DNA of 64,000 bases from an uncultured Ignavibacteria bacterium (GTDB taxonomy: Bacteria > Bacteroidota > Ignavibacteria > UBA10030 > UBA6906): contig CAWABB010000008.1 of assembly GCA_963780165.1 (NCBI GenBank), positions 6,451 through 70,450 of the forward strand. The letters run 5' to 3'. Of the stretch, positions 23,997-33,987 are shown one piece after another. The notes under the pieces are model-generated. The model was not told the origin of the DNA. It ran no database searches and saw only the letters and a program-made list of their open reading frames with translations. The position numbers and the translations under genes were made by a program. The stretch's first letter is position 1. Every line of letters begins with the position of its first letter.

Positions 23997-25646
23997 ATGA
24001 AACGGATCGCGCATACCCTCGCATTTAGACTCTTCCTTCTGATCGCCTCCCTCCAGACGGTCATCCTCGTCTCGTTGGCGGTTGCGATGATCCACGTCCA
24101 GCGGGGAAGTTTGATGGAGAGCGTCATGCAGAGTGCCGAACGGGTGAGCGAAGTCATCATCCGCTCGACCCGGTACAGCATGCTCCTGAACCGCAAGGAA
24201 GACGTCCACCACATCGTGTCGGCCGTGGGGAGTGAACCGGGCTTTGAAGGCGTACGGGTCTACAACAAACAGGGCCGGGTGGTGTTCGGCACCGGTGCGG
24301 AAGATCAGCAGTCGATCGTGGACATGCAGGCTGAGGCGTGTGTGACATGTCATTCCAGCGCGGCCCCGCTGGATCCACCTCCGCCGCAGCAGGACCTCGC
24401 GAGGATCTTCAGCAAGCCGTCGGGCGAGCGCGTCCTCGGGTTGATCACTCCGATCCGCAACGAACCGCAGTGCGCCGGCGCCGGGTGCCATGCGCAGCCA
24501 TCCGAGAAGTCCATCCTCGGCGTCCTTGACGTGAAAATGTCGCTCGCCCAGGTCGATCATGCGGTCCATGAAAACGTCGTGCGGATGGCATCGTTCGCGT
24601 TTGCCGCCATGGTCCTGATCGGTGCCGTCGCCGGCGGGTTCCTCTGGTTCTTCATCAGGCGACCCGTCAGAACGCTGACGGACGGAATGCAGGTCGTCGC
24701 GGCGGGGAATCTCCAACACCGCGTCCAGGTCTCAGGAAACGACGAACTGGGGCGGCTCGCCCAGGCGTTCAACGGGATGGCGGGCGAGCTTGACAGGGCG
24801 CGACGCGAAATCACCGACTGGTCGCACACGCTCGAGCACCGGGTCCAGGAGAAGACCGCCGATCTCGAGCGCGCTCATCGCCGGATGCTGACCGCGCAAA
24901 AGATGGCGTCCATCGGCACGCTGGCATCGAGCGTCGCACACGAGTTGAACAATCCGATGGCGGGGATTCTCACCTACTCAAAGCTGCTGCTCAAGCGGGT
25001 CGACCGTCTGGGCCTCGATCCGGCGGAGGCGGACAGCTGGCGACAGGAGCTTCAACTTATCGCCGACGAATCCCAGCGATGCGGAACAATCGTGCAGAAC
25101 CTCCTGACGTTCTCACGGCAGCGCGGAGTCTCGATCCGGGTAGCCCGCATGAGCGAGATCCTGCGCAGGTGCGAGATGCTCATGAGCCATCATGCGATCG
25201 CGAACAACGTCGCGATCGAAACGTCGTGCGATGAGGACGATGTCCTGGAATGCGACCCGGGGCAGGTTCAACAAGTGCTGGTCACGCTGATGAGCAATTC
25301 CATCGAAGCGATGGCGGGCATGGGTGGAGCGGCGGGGTCGGGGCGGCTGACGGTGGCTGTCCGGCGCCCCGGCCCGGACGCGCTTCGGGTGACCGTGGTT
25401 GATACGGGGCCCGGGATGGACGACGACGTGAAGTCGCGCATTTTCGAGCCTTTTTTCACCACGAAACTGGATGGGAAGGGAGTCGGGCTGGGCCTCTCGA
25501 TTGCCTACGGGATCATCGAACACCATCACGGGTCGATCGAGGTCGAAACGTCGCCGGGGGCAGGGGCGTGCTTCATCATCACGCTGCCTGTAAGGCACAA
25601 CGGCAACGGGCGTGCGGCGTCGGCAGATACGGGAACCGGTGCATGA
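23997..25646 (+). CDS. Sensor histidine kinase with a periplasmic c-haem-motif domain (paralogue of 18446-20314, without the insert)
   Basis: MKRIAHTLAFRLFLL TM helix, CVTCH and CAGAGCH in a sensor domain collinear with the other kinase, HAMP, H-box VAHELNNPM and DTGPGM. The ATG at 23997 is preferred by alignment with the paralogue N-terminus. Confidence 0.85.
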   Translation: MKRIAHTLAFRLFLLIASLQTVILVSLAVAMIHVQRGSLMESVMQSAERVSEVIIRSTRYSMLLNRKEDVHHIVSAVGSEPGFEGVRVYNKQGRVVFGTGAEDQQSIVDMQAEACVTCHSSAAPLDPPPPQQDLARIFSKPSGERVLGLITPIRNEPQCAGAGCHAQPSEKSILGVLDVKMSLAQVDHAVHENVVRMASFAFAAMVLIGAVAGGFLWFFIRRPVRTLTDGMQVVAAGNLQHRVQVSGNDELGRLAQAFNGMAGELDRARREITDWSHTLEHRVQEKTADLERAHRRMLTAQKMASIGTLASSVAHELNNPMAGILTYSKLLLKRVDRLGLDPAEADSWRQELQLIADESQRCGTIVQNLLTFSRQRGVSIRVARMSEILRRCEMLMSHHAIANNVAIETSCDEDDVLECDPGQVQQVLVTLMSNSIEAMAGMGGAAGSGRLTVAVRRPGPDALRVTVVDTGPGMDDDVKSRIFEPFFTTKLDGKGVGLGLSIAYGIIEHHHGSIEVETSPGAGACFIITLPVRHNGNGRAASADTGTGA

Positions 25647-26983
25647 ACAAGAACCAGACGGGAATACTGATTGTTGACGACGAGCTCATCGTCCGCGATC
25701 CGCTGACAAAGTGGTTCAAGGAAGAGGGATATCGTGCCGATTCGGCCGAGAACGCTGCCGCTGCGCTCAAGAAGCTGCAGGAGGCATCGTGGGACCTGTT
25801 GCTGGTAGATATCCGAATGCCCGGCATGGACGGTCTCGAGCTGCTCAGGCGCGTGAGGGAAGCGAACAGGGATGTCACGGTCATCATCATGACCGCGTTC
25901 GCATCCGTTGACACAGCCGTGATGGCTCTGAAGGACGGGGCGTATGACTACATCACCAAGCCGATCGATCCGGAATACCTGAACCACCTGGTGAACAAGG
26001 CGCTCAACGAGCAGGAGCTGCAGCGCGAGAACCGTCGGCTCAAGGAGACCGTGAACAACCTCCACGGCCCCGTCGACATCGTCGGCGAGTCGCCCGAGAT
26101 GCACCGGGTGATCGAGCTCATTCGCACGGTGGCCCAGACCGACACCACCGTCATGATCCGTGGCGAGAGCGGGACCGGGAAAGAGCTCGTGGCCCGCGCG
26201 ATCCATGCCGAAAGCTCCAGACGGTATTCGCAGATCGTGACCGTGAATTGCGGCGCGATGACGGAGACGCTGCTCGAGAGCGAGTTGTTCGGCCACGAGC
26301 GCGGGGCGTTTACCGGCGCGCAGTACAGGCGCAAGGGAAAGATCGAACTGGCGGACGGCGGGACCCTTTTCCTCGATGAAGTCGGCAACATCGACATGAA
26401 AACGCAGATGGACCTCCTCCGCGTCATCGAGACGCACGAGTTCACGCGCGTGGGTGGGACCGAGCCGCTCCATTCCGACTTCCGCGTCATCTGTGCGACC
26501 AACAGGGACCTGGAGGAGGCGGTCAGGGAGGGAGCCTTCCGCGAGGATCTGTACTATCGCCTGAATGTGTTCGCTCTCGAGATCCCGCCGCTCCGGGGTC
26601 GGCGCGGAGATGTCGCGAGGCTCGCTCACCACTTCCTCCAGAAGTTCGCCCGGCACATGAACAAGCCGGTGACGAGCTTCAGCATCGACGCCATGAATAC
26701 CCTCAGGACGTACGATTGGCCCGGAAACGTGCGGGAGCTTGAGAACGCCATCGAGCGCGCGATGGTCGTGGTGCGGCGCACGGTCATCGAGCGCGACGAT
26801 CTGCCGTTGCAGACTCTGACCGCCTCACGCATCGCCGGAAAGCGGTTGGAGGAAGTCGAGTCACGCCATATCGAGCAGGTCCTCAAGGAATCCGCCTGGA
26901 ACATCAGCCGCGCGGCGGCGATTCTGGATATTGACAGAGTCACTCTCTATCATAAGATCGAGCGGTACGGCCTCAAACGCTGA
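25643..26983 (+). CDS. NtrC-family sigma-54-dependent response regulator (REC + AAA+ + Fis-type HTH)
   Basis: ILIVDDELIV..LLLVDIRMPGMDG receiver, Walker A GESGTGKE, the GAFTGA motif (ERGAFTGAQ) and a C-terminal HTH (AAAILDIDRVTLYHKIERYGL). ATGA overlap with the kinase gene. Confidence 0.95.
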   Translation: MNKNQTGILIVDDELIVRDPLTKWFKEEGYRADSAENAAAALKKLQEASWDLLLVDIRMPGMDGLELLRRVREANRDVTVIIMTAFASVDTAVMALKDGAYDYITKPIDPEYLNHLVNKALNEQELQRENRRLKETVNNLHGPVDIVGESPEMHRVIELIRTVAQTDTTVMIRGESGTGKELVARAIHAESSRRYSQIVTVNCGAMTETLLESELFGHERGAFTGAQYRRKGKIELADGGTLFLDEVGNIDMKTQMDLLRVIETHEFTRVGGTEPLHSDFRVICATNRDLEEAVREGAFREDLYYRLNVFALEIPPLRGRRGDVARLAHHFLQKFARHMNKPVTSFSIDAMNTLRTYDWPGNVRELENAIERAMVVVRRTVIERDDLPLQTLTASRIAGKRLEEVESRHIEQVLKESAWNISRAAAILDIDRVTLYHKIERYGLKR

Positions 26984-27083
26984 GTTCTCACCGGCCTTTG
27001 ATTTCTCGCCGGCGTTTTGTACACTTCCCCCGTTCCGCTCCTCGCTCAGGTTCGTTCCGAAGTCGTCCACTCGGGAGTCCTGG

Positions 27084-29567
27084 ATGGAAGTCCTCTCTCG
27101 CCGGAAAATTCCGTTCGTCGCGGCGGATGTCCTCCTGATTCTCCTCTGTTGTCTCCACCTCCCCGCCCTTCTTTCGCGCGCCCGTGCCCCGTTTCTTGCG
27201 GAGACGGAGGGCGACCATGCCCGGATCTTCCGCCTTCTTGATGTGGACGCGGCACCCGGCGTGGACGTCGGCATGGAACTCGTCAGTGTCGAGGCACACC
27301 CCGTCAGCCAGCCCGAAGTGCTCGACTACATCGCAGATGGGCGCCGAATAGGCGACACACTGATCGTTGGTGTCAGGCGCTCGGGAATCGCGTTCGGCGC
27401 CCCGGCCCGGCTGATCCCGTACTACCATCCCGGCGAAATCATCGTCTTCTTCATCGTCGGGTTTGCCACCTGGCTTGTCGGCCTGTTCGTCCTCCTCAAC
27501 GGCCCGCCCGGAACCACCACCGCAGTGCTGCACGGGGCGATGATGAGCATGGCGGCTGTCGTCATGCTCGCCTGGGAAGGGTTCACGCCGGATGGGCTGC
27601 TTCCCTGGACGCTGATGGACGTCCTCTTCTTCCTGAGCTACGCGATGGTCGCGGCCTGTTTCTTCCACTTCACCAGGCTCTTTCCCGCACGGCTCCGGCC
27701 TCAGGGCGACCCAGCCATCGTTCTGGTGTACCTTCTCGCACTCCTGTCTGTCGCCGCCGCGGTCATGACCCACTGGCGAGCCTATCAGGCGCTGTCAGTG
27801 GAGGCGTACCTGACCTACAGTCTCTGGTTCGATCTCTTTCACATCGTCGTCTTCCTGATCATCCTCGCAGGCATCGCGAACTTCGTGATGCAGTATCGCC
27901 GGGCGGGCGAATGGACGGAACGGCGGAAACTTCAATGGCTTCTCCTTGGCCTTCTGCTTGGGCCGACGCCGTTCTTTTTCCTGACGGTCCTGCCCGGTAT
28001 GTTCGCCCCGACCCTTGCTGTCCCCGAGCATCTATCCCTGATTTCGCTCGTCGTCATTCCCGTCGCCTTCGCGGTCTCGTTTATCCGGTATCGCATCCTT
28101 GACATCTCGCTCGTGCTGAACCGGACAACGGTGTACGTTGTCGCGGTCGGGTTGGTCCTTCTCGTGTACGCGGGCCTTGTCGCGGCGGTGACAAGCGTTG
28201 TCGGATACTACGTTCCGTGGGCCGCGGCGGCTGCGGCCGTGCTCGTGGCGCTCCTGTTCGAGCCGGCCAGACGCCGGGTGCAGTCGTTCGTGGACAGACG
28301 ATTCTTCCGCGTGGAGTACGATTTCCGCAAGGCCGAGCGGGCGCTCGTGGACAGCATCAAAAACCGCCCAAGTGTCCAGATCCTTGCCGACGCGCTCGTT
28401 CGCGAGACGGAGTCGCTGATCCCCGTCCGGCGGATCGGATTCTTCACCTTGAATCAATCCTCCGGCAGACTGCGCTGTGCTGCGCACAGGAATTTCGATC
28501 TCCTGGAGCGCCGCGGACTCAGGTTCGAACCGGAAAACCTCAAGACGCGCCTGACGGTTCCGGTTGCCCTGGACGACCGCGTCGAGCCCGGGGTACGGTA
28601 CGAGCCGGCGGACCGGACGGTCTTCGCACGGTGGGGGATGGAGATCGTCTTCCCGATCCTCTCGGATGCCGGCGGGTTTCTCGGATTCCTGGTACTTGGC
28701 GGGAAACGGTCCGATGCGAGGTTCACGGTGGAAGACGTGGACCTGCTCAGCAATATCTGCACACATGCCGGGCTCGAGATCCAGCGCGTCACGCTTCAGC
28801 ACGATCTGGTCCAAAAGGAGGCCGAAGCCCGGCAGCTGGCGGAACTCAACGAGCTGAAGTCCGATTTTGTATCGTACGTCTCGCACGAATTCCGCAGCCC
28901 GCTCACGTCAATTAAGATGTTCGCCGAGTTGCTGCAGTCGCCGAAGCAACGCCTGTCGGGGAAAAAGCGCGAGTTCGTCGAGGTCATCCAGGGCGAGGCG
29001 GAGCGGCTGGAACGCATGGTCTCCACCGTGCTCGACTCCGCGAAGATCGAGTCCGGCGTCCAGATCTACACCCCGGAGCGGATGGACCTCCGCGCCGCGG
29101 TGAGGGAATCGCTCCTGGCCATGGACTACCAGCTGAAGAAGCACGAATTCACCGTGGTGACCAGAATCGGGAGGGGCAGAGCGTTCATCGACGCGGATCG
29201 GGCGGCGGTGGGCCAGGCGATCCGCAATCTCCTCTCCAACGCGATCAAGTACCACGGGTCGCGGAAGCACGTGACCGTCAGCGTCGCACGGAAAGGCGAG
29301 TGGTACGTCTGCGAGGTGAAGGATAGAGGGCTGGGCATCGCAGAAGAATCCCTGCCGCATCTGTTTGAAAAGTTCTATCGTGAGCACCCGACCGGCAACA
29401 AGATCCAGGGAGTCGGGCTCGGCCTTCCGCTGGTGAAGCACATCATGGAGGCGCACGGGGGACGGGTGGAAGTCACAAGTACCAGGGATGTCGGGTCGGC
29501 CTTCCGACTGGTATTCCCCGCGAGGAGCAATGGCGCGCGAACGAAGACCGGCGATACTGATCGTTGA
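27084..29567 (+). CDS. Multi-pass membrane sensor histidine kinase (N-terminal extracytoplasmic module, ~8 TM, GAF-like, HisKA, HATPase)
   Basis: The ATG at 27084 has a GGGAG Shine-Dalgarno. A long hydrophobic block is followed by H-box SHEFRSPLTSI, N-box LLSNAIKY, DRGLGI and GVGLGL. Confidence 0.85.
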   Translation: MEVLSRRKIPFVAADVLLILLCCLHLPALLSRARAPFLAETEGDHARIFRLLDVDAAPGVDVGMELVSVEAHPVSQPEVLDYIADGRRIGDTLIVGVRRSGIAFGAPARLIPYYHPGEIIVFFIVGFATWLVGLFVLLNGPPGTTTAVLHGAMMSMAAVVMLAWEGFTPDGLLPWTLMDVLFFLSYAMVAACFFHFTRLFPARLRPQGDPAIVLVYLLALLSVAAAVMTHWRAYQALSVEAYLTYSLWFDLFHIVVFLIILAGIANFVMQYRRAGEWTERRKLQWLLLGLLLGPTPFFFLTVLPGMFAPTLAVPEHLSLISLVVIPVAFAVSFIRYRILDISLVLNRTTVYVVAVGLVLLVYAGLVAAVTSVVGYYVPWAAAAAAVLVALLFEPARRRVQSFVDRRFFRVEYDFRKAERALVDSIKNRPSVQILADALVRETESLIPVRRIGFFTLNQSSGRLRCAAHRNFDLLERRGLRFEPENLKTRLTVPVALDDRVEPGVRYEPADRTVFARWGMEIVFPILSDAGGFLGFLVLGGKRSDARFTVEDVDLLSNICTHAGLEIQRVTLQHDLVQKEAEARQLAELNELKSDFVSYVSHEFRSPLTSIKMFAELLQSPKQRLSGKKREFVEVIQGEAERLERMVSTVLDSAKIESGVQIYTPERMDLRAAVRESLLAMDYQLKKHEFTVVTRIGRGRAFIDADRAAVGQAIRNLLSNAIKYHGSRKHVTVSVARKGEWYVCEVKDRGLGIAEESLPHLFEKFYREHPTGNKIQGVGLGLPLVKHIMEAHGGRVEVTSTRDVGSAFRLVFPARSNGARTKTGDTDR

Positions 29568-30486
29568 GGACGACGCAACCATTGCGCGGGGGCTGGCAGA
29601 GCTCCTCGCCAGCGATGGGTACAGAGTGTCCTCAGCGTCTACGGGAGAAGAAGGCCTCCGGCGGTTCGGGGCTATTCGCCCTGATGTGGTCCTCCTTGAC
29701 ATCAACCTCCCTGGCATCACAGGACTGGACGTCTGCCGCAGCCTCAGGTCTGAAGGATACCGGCTGCCGGTGATCTTTCTGACTGCACGGGGCGACCCTG
29801 TCGATCGCGTCATCGGCCTTGACGCCGGGGCCGACGACTATATCGCGAAGCCGTTTGACGGGCATGAGGCGCTCGCGCGGATCCGCGCCCACCTGCGAGC
29901 GGCGCATGTCGCGGGGGACGCGCAGGCTCCCGCGCCGCGGCCACGGACAAAGGACAGGCGTTTGCTCGCCGTCATGTTCACCGATATGAAGAGCTTCTCG
30001 CGTCGCATGAACAGGGACGAAACCAAAGGCCTGAAGGCCCTGACTGCCCACAATCAGCGGATCACGCGAGCTGTGAGGAAGACAGAGGGACGGATCATCG
30101 AAACGGCCGGCGACTCGTTCCTCGTCAGTTTTGAGAGCGCGTTGCGCGCGGTCCAATGCGCCTCGGCGATTCAGATCTCGCTTGCCCGGTACAACGCATC
30201 CCGCCGGCAATCGGACCGTATCATGGTCCGTATCGGGATCCACCTCGGAGATGTCATCGAAATGAACGGCAGGCTGCGAGGCGATGCGGTGAACGTCGCT
30301 GCCCGCATCCAGCAGGTGACGCCTCCGGGCGAGACCCGCTGCTCGGATGCAGTGTATGGAGCCGTCGAAGGGAAAACCGACCTGGAGATCCGGCGCGTTG
30401 GCCGCCGGTCACTGAAGAATATCCGCCAGCCAGTCACGCTCTACACCGTTCAGCCACAATCACGCAAGGGGCGCCCGAGACCATGA
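29530..30486 (+). CDS. Response regulator with class III adenylate/guanylate cyclase output domain
   Basis: ILIVEDDATI..VVLLDINLPGITG..VIFLTAR receiver, then LAVMFTDMKSFS, ETAGDSFLVSF, RIGIHLGDV and GDAVNVAARI (class III cyclase core). GAGGAG Shine-Dalgarno. Overlaps the kinase 3-prime end by 38 nt. Confidence 0.8.
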   Translation: MARERRPAILIVEDDATIARGLAELLASDGYRVSSASTGEEGLRRFGAIRPDVVLLDINLPGITGLDVCRSLRSEGYRLPVIFLTARGDPVDRVIGLDAGADDYIAKPFDGHEALARIRAHLRAAHVAGDAQAPAPRPRTKDRRLLAVMFTDMKSFSRRMNRDETKGLKALTAHNQRITRAVRKTEGRIIETAGDSFLVSFESALRAVQCASAIQISLARYNASRRQSDRIMVRIGIHLGDVIEMNGRLRGDAVNVAARIQQVTPPGETRCSDAVYGAVEGKTDLEIRRVGRRSLKNIRQPVTLYTVQPQSRKGRPRP

Positions 30487-31163
30487 ATACCATTCTGATC
30501 ATCGAGGATGATCCCGCGATCGTGCGCGGCCTTCGCGAGACGCTGGCCGCGGAGCACTTCTCGGTGCTCTCGGCATCCACGGCGCAGGAAGGCCTGGACC
30601 GGGCGCACAAGGAGGCGGTCGACCTGATCGTCCTCGACCTGAGGTTGCCCGACAGGGACGGTTCAGAGGTGTGCAGGGAACTCCGCCGGGAGAAGATCGG
30701 CACGCCTATCCTCGTGCTGAGCGCGAAGAAAAGCGAGACTGACAAAGTCGTCCTGCTGGAGATTGGCGCGGATGACTACCTGACGAAGCCCTTCAGTCCG
30801 CGAGAGCTGGTCGCCCGTATCAGGGCGCTCCTGCGCCGGCCGCCAACGCTCAACGACGGCCTCACGGAGTACAGGTTCGGGGATGTGTATGTCGACTTCC
30901 GGAAGCATGAAGTGACCAAGTCGGGCGAGAAAGCCATCCTCACCGCGCGCGAGCTGCATCTCCTCCAGTTCTTCGCCCAGCGGGAGGGGAAGGTGGTCAC
31001 GCGGGATGAGATCCTCAATGAGGTGTGGGGATACGAGAGCTTCCCGACGACGCGGACAGTGGACAACTATATACTCGCGCTGCGGAAGAAGCTCGAGGAC
31101 GACCCGGCCAACCCCAGACATTTCCTGACGGTGTACACGTCCGGATACAAGTTCGTGAAGTAG
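30483..31163 (+). CDS. OmpR/PhoB-family response regulator
   Basis: ILIIEDDPAI..LIVLDLRLPDRDG..ILVLSAK receiver plus a winged-helix C-terminus (LTARELHLLQFFAQREGKVVTRDEILNEVWG). ATGA overlap with the preceding gene. Confidence 0.9.
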   Translation: MNTILIIEDDPAIVRGLRETLAAEHFSVLSASTAQEGLDRAHKEAVDLIVLDLRLPDRDGSEVCRELRREKIGTPILVLSAKKSETDKVVLLEIGADDYLTKPFSPRELVARIRALLRRPPTLNDGLTEYRFGDVYVDFRKHEVTKSGEKAILTARELHLLQFFAQREGKVVTRDEILNEVWGYESFPTTRTVDNYILALRKKLEDDPANPRHFLTVYTSGYKFVK

Positions 31164-31178
31164 TCCCGCGCGGATGCA

Positions 31179-32633
31179 TCACGCCGCTTCTGTTGCAGGA
31201 GACAGGGTCTGTGCGACCGGCCCCCCATCATACCGGGCCGCCCCGTTCCCGCTGCGCTCCCGCCGTGCCTTCGCCGAGCGTCCGAAAACGCGCTCCCGCG
31301 CATGATGCCACTGGAAGAACGAAAGCTCGAGGTAGATGACAAAGCCAAGCGCGAGGCGGAAGGCCAGCGAGCGAAGCGATGTCCAGTGCCGCTGCGCTGA
31401 TGCGAAAGCCACCCACCTGCGAAGGATGTTGACCGGCCTGTAGAATTCCCTCGTAACCCCCTCGAACGCTTGCCGGACCTCGGCCTCGCTGAGAAGAGGA
31501 TGCCTGAATACCAGGTGGTCGCCTTCGTAGTGCGACAGGTCGGTGTCGGTCAACCTGCCTTCGGCGACGACCTGCCTGTACCAGGGCGTTCCGTAGATCG
31601 GGATCGAGATCGAGGGGAGGATCACCATGGTCCCCACCTCCCTGAGTTTCGCCGCGAGCATGCTGTAGTAGTCGGCCGTGTCCTCCTCCAGCGCAAACAT
31701 GAGCCCCGTGAACGTGAGGATTCCCCGTTCATGCAGGGCGCGAAACGCCTCCCTGTATTCCTCGACGCGATTCTGCCGCTTCTGCACCCCTCTCAGGCTG
31801 TGCTGGTTCAGTGACTCCATCCCGATGAAGGCCATCCGGCAGTTGGCCGCGTCCAGCAGCTCGATGAACTCGGGATCCCGCAGGCACTCAATGCTGAACT
31901 GAACGCCGACCCCCCAGAACTTCAACTTCGCAACCTCTCGCAAGACCGCCTTCGCATGCTGGATGTCCCCTCCGAGGTTGTTGTCGAGGATCATGGCAAC
32001 CTTTCGCTTCCACCAGGGAAGGCCTGCGGTTGCTGTCAGGTCGCGGACGACATCCTTCACGGGCCTGGGTCGAAATGGCTGCCTCCGGATGTTGAGCTGG
32101 CAATACGTGCACGGGTGAGGGCATCCGCGGGACGTCTCTGTGACGATCGGGACCGTGAAGCTTCGCTCCACGAGGTCGTACCGCGGCGGGGGGATATCGG
32201 CCAGGGACGGTGTCGGGGGCGCATCGTACCTGGCCTTCAGCCGTCCCGCGACAAGATCGTGCACCATGACCGGCCAGACCCCTTGCGCTTCACCCACCAG
32301 GACGGAGTCGAAGTGCTCTTGTGCCTCTTCCGGGAATGCGGAGATGTACTTGCCTCCGCCGATCACAGTCTTTCCGAGAGATCTGAATCGGTGCGCGACA
32401 TCGAACGCGTGAGGTGCGAGGTAATCCATGAAGCTGAGCGCGATGGCATCCGCGTCCGTGTCGTACCGGATCGCCCGGGCCATTTCGTGAACGACCTCCA
32501 CGTCGACGACGGGAGGGGTCATTCCGGCCAGGAGGATCCCGGGGAGGGGAGGAGCGGGGCTCTTGGCGTAGTACGGGGTTTCTTCCGCGAGGTTCTGAAA
32601 GAGAACGATGATCTGAATCTTCAGGCGACGCAT
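31179..32633 (-). CDS. B12-binding-domain radical SAM enzyme
   Basis: N-terminal cobalamin-binding-like Rossmann segment (IALSFMDYLAPHAF..VIGGGKYISAFPEE) and the radical SAM cluster motif SRGCPHPCTYCQ. The ATG at 32633 has GGAGGG upstream. Confidence 0.8.
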   Translation of the reverse strand: MRRLKIQIIVLFQNLAEETPYYAKSPAPPLPGILLAGMTPPVVDVEVVHEMARAIRYDTDADAIALSFMDYLAPHAFDVAHRFRSLGKTVIGGGKYISAFPEEAQEHFDSVLVGEAQGVWPVMVHDLVAGRLKARYDAPPTPSLADIPPPRYDLVERSFTVPIVTETSRGCPHPCTYCQLNIRRQPFRPRPVKDVVRDLTATAGLPWWKRKVAMILDNNLGGDIQHAKAVLREVAKLKFWGVGVQFSIECLRDPEFIELLDAANCRMAFIGMESLNQHSLRGVQKRQNRVEEYREAFRALHERGILTFTGLMFALEEDTADYYSMLAAKLREVGTMVILPSISIPIYGTPWYRQVVAEGRLTDTDLSHYEGDHLVFRHPLLSEAEVRQAFEGVTREFYRPVNILRRWVAFASAQRHWTSLRSLAFRLALGFVIYLELSFFQWHHARERVFGRSAKARRERSGNGAARYDGGPVAQTLSPATEAA

Positions 32634-32670
32634 ATTCCCTCCGATTGTTCCGGGGCGCAAGGTCCGTAGC

Positions 32671-33987
32671 TCAGACGGCCACGGCGTGTGCAACGGTGGC
32701 CTGCGACCAGATCTGCTCGACGGTGCGGGCGAGCCTGTCAATGTCCTCGCGCGTGTGAGACGCCATGATGCTGATCCGGAACCGCTGCTGGTTCGCGGGA
32801 ACAGCGGGATACTCGATCGAGTTCACGAAAATACCCTGCGCATGAAACTCGCGGGCCGCGCTCCTGATATCCATGTCCGACGGCACGCGGAGCGGCAGGA
32901 TGGGTGTCTCGCCGCCGATCTCAAACCCGAGGCTGCGGAGCGCCTCAGCCGCATAGGCGACATTCCAGTGGAGCTGCTCGACGCGGTCGGGCTCGCATTC
33001 AAGAACGTCAAGGCCGGCCAGGACGCTGGCGACGACCGGCGGCGGCAGCGAGGCGGAAAACATGTACGAGCGCGAGAAGAACCGCAGGTAGTCCACCAAC
33101 GGGCGGGAGGCGGCGACAAAACCACCCGTTACCGCGAATGTCTTGCTGAACGTCCCCATCACGACCGGGATGCTCCCCTTGAGTCCGAAATGTTCGGGCG
33201 TGCCGTGTCCGCTGGGTCCCATCGCTCCGGTGCCGTGAGCGTCATCCAGGAGCAGAATGGCACCGCGGGAGTTGCACAGATTCAGAATGGTGCGGAGCGG
33301 GGGGAGGTCTCCGTCCATCGAATAGACCCCTTCGATGCCGACGTAGAGATCGCCCGTGCAGGTCTGGCGTTCACGATCCAGCAGGGCGCGGAGCGCTTCA
33401 ACGTCATTGTGCGGGAAGTGGAAGGACGGTACGCCCGCCATCGTGATGCCGTCGATGAACGAGGCATGGCTGTACGCGTCGTAGATGACGCGGTCGCCTG
33501 CGTGCGCGAGCCCCGAGATCAGGCCGACGTTGGCCGCGTAGCCGCTGGAGAACAGCATCGCATCCTCGGCACCCTTCAGGTCTGCGAGGCGCTCTTCGAG
33601 CGCGCGGTGCAGGGTCGTGTATCCGTTGAGCAGGGGCGGCCCGCCGACGCCGGTGCCGAACTCCTGCACCGCCGCGGTCATCCGGGCTTTCACATAGGGA
33701 TGGTTGGCCAGGCCGAGATAGTTGTTCGAGCCGAACATCAGCATCCGCCTGGTCTCTCCGGTTTCCGGGTCCAGCACCGTGACCTCGCGATCCGCGGCAG
33801 AGCCAATCACGCGCATGCAGCCCATCTCGTTCCGCTGCTTGAGGTCGTGAAGGAAATGCTGGAAGAACTCCGCGCGTTCGTGAATGCGCTGCTTCCGCCC
33901 GTGCAGGAGGATCTTGCGGAGGTCGAAATTCTCGCCTCCCTGGTATGCTATCTTCTCGTTCATCGCTCCGTCTTTCATTGTGGTCAC
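32671..33987 (-). CDS. PLP-dependent alpha-oxoamine synthase family enzyme (BioF/Kbl/serine-palmitoyltransferase-like)
   Basis: GSNNYLGL, SGYAANVG, HASFIDG, DDAHGTG and the Schiff-base lysine in GTFSKTF. The start is either GTG at 33987 (GTGA overlap with the upstream stop) or ATG at 33978. Confidence 0.85.
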   Translation of the reverse strand: MTTMKDGAMNEKIAYQGGENFDLRKILLHGRKQRIHERAEFFQHFLHDLKQRNEMGCMRVIGSAADREVTVLDPETGETRRMLMFGSNNYLGLANHPYVKARMTAAVQEFGTGVGGPPLLNGYTTLHRALEERLADLKGAEDAMLFSSGYAANVGLISGLAHAGDRVIYDAYSHASFIDGITMAGVPSFHFPHNDVEALRALLDRERQTCTGDLYVGIEGVYSMDGDLPPLRTILNLCNSRGAILLLDDAHGTGAMGPSGHGTPEHFGLKGSIPVVMGTFSKTFAVTGGFVAASRPLVDYLRFFSRSYMFSASLPPPVVASVLAGLDVLECEPDRVEQLHWNVAYAAEALRSLGFEIGGETPILPLRVPSDMDIRSAAREFHAQGIFVNSIEYPAVPANQQRFRISIMASHTREDIDRLARTVEQIWSQATVAHAVAV

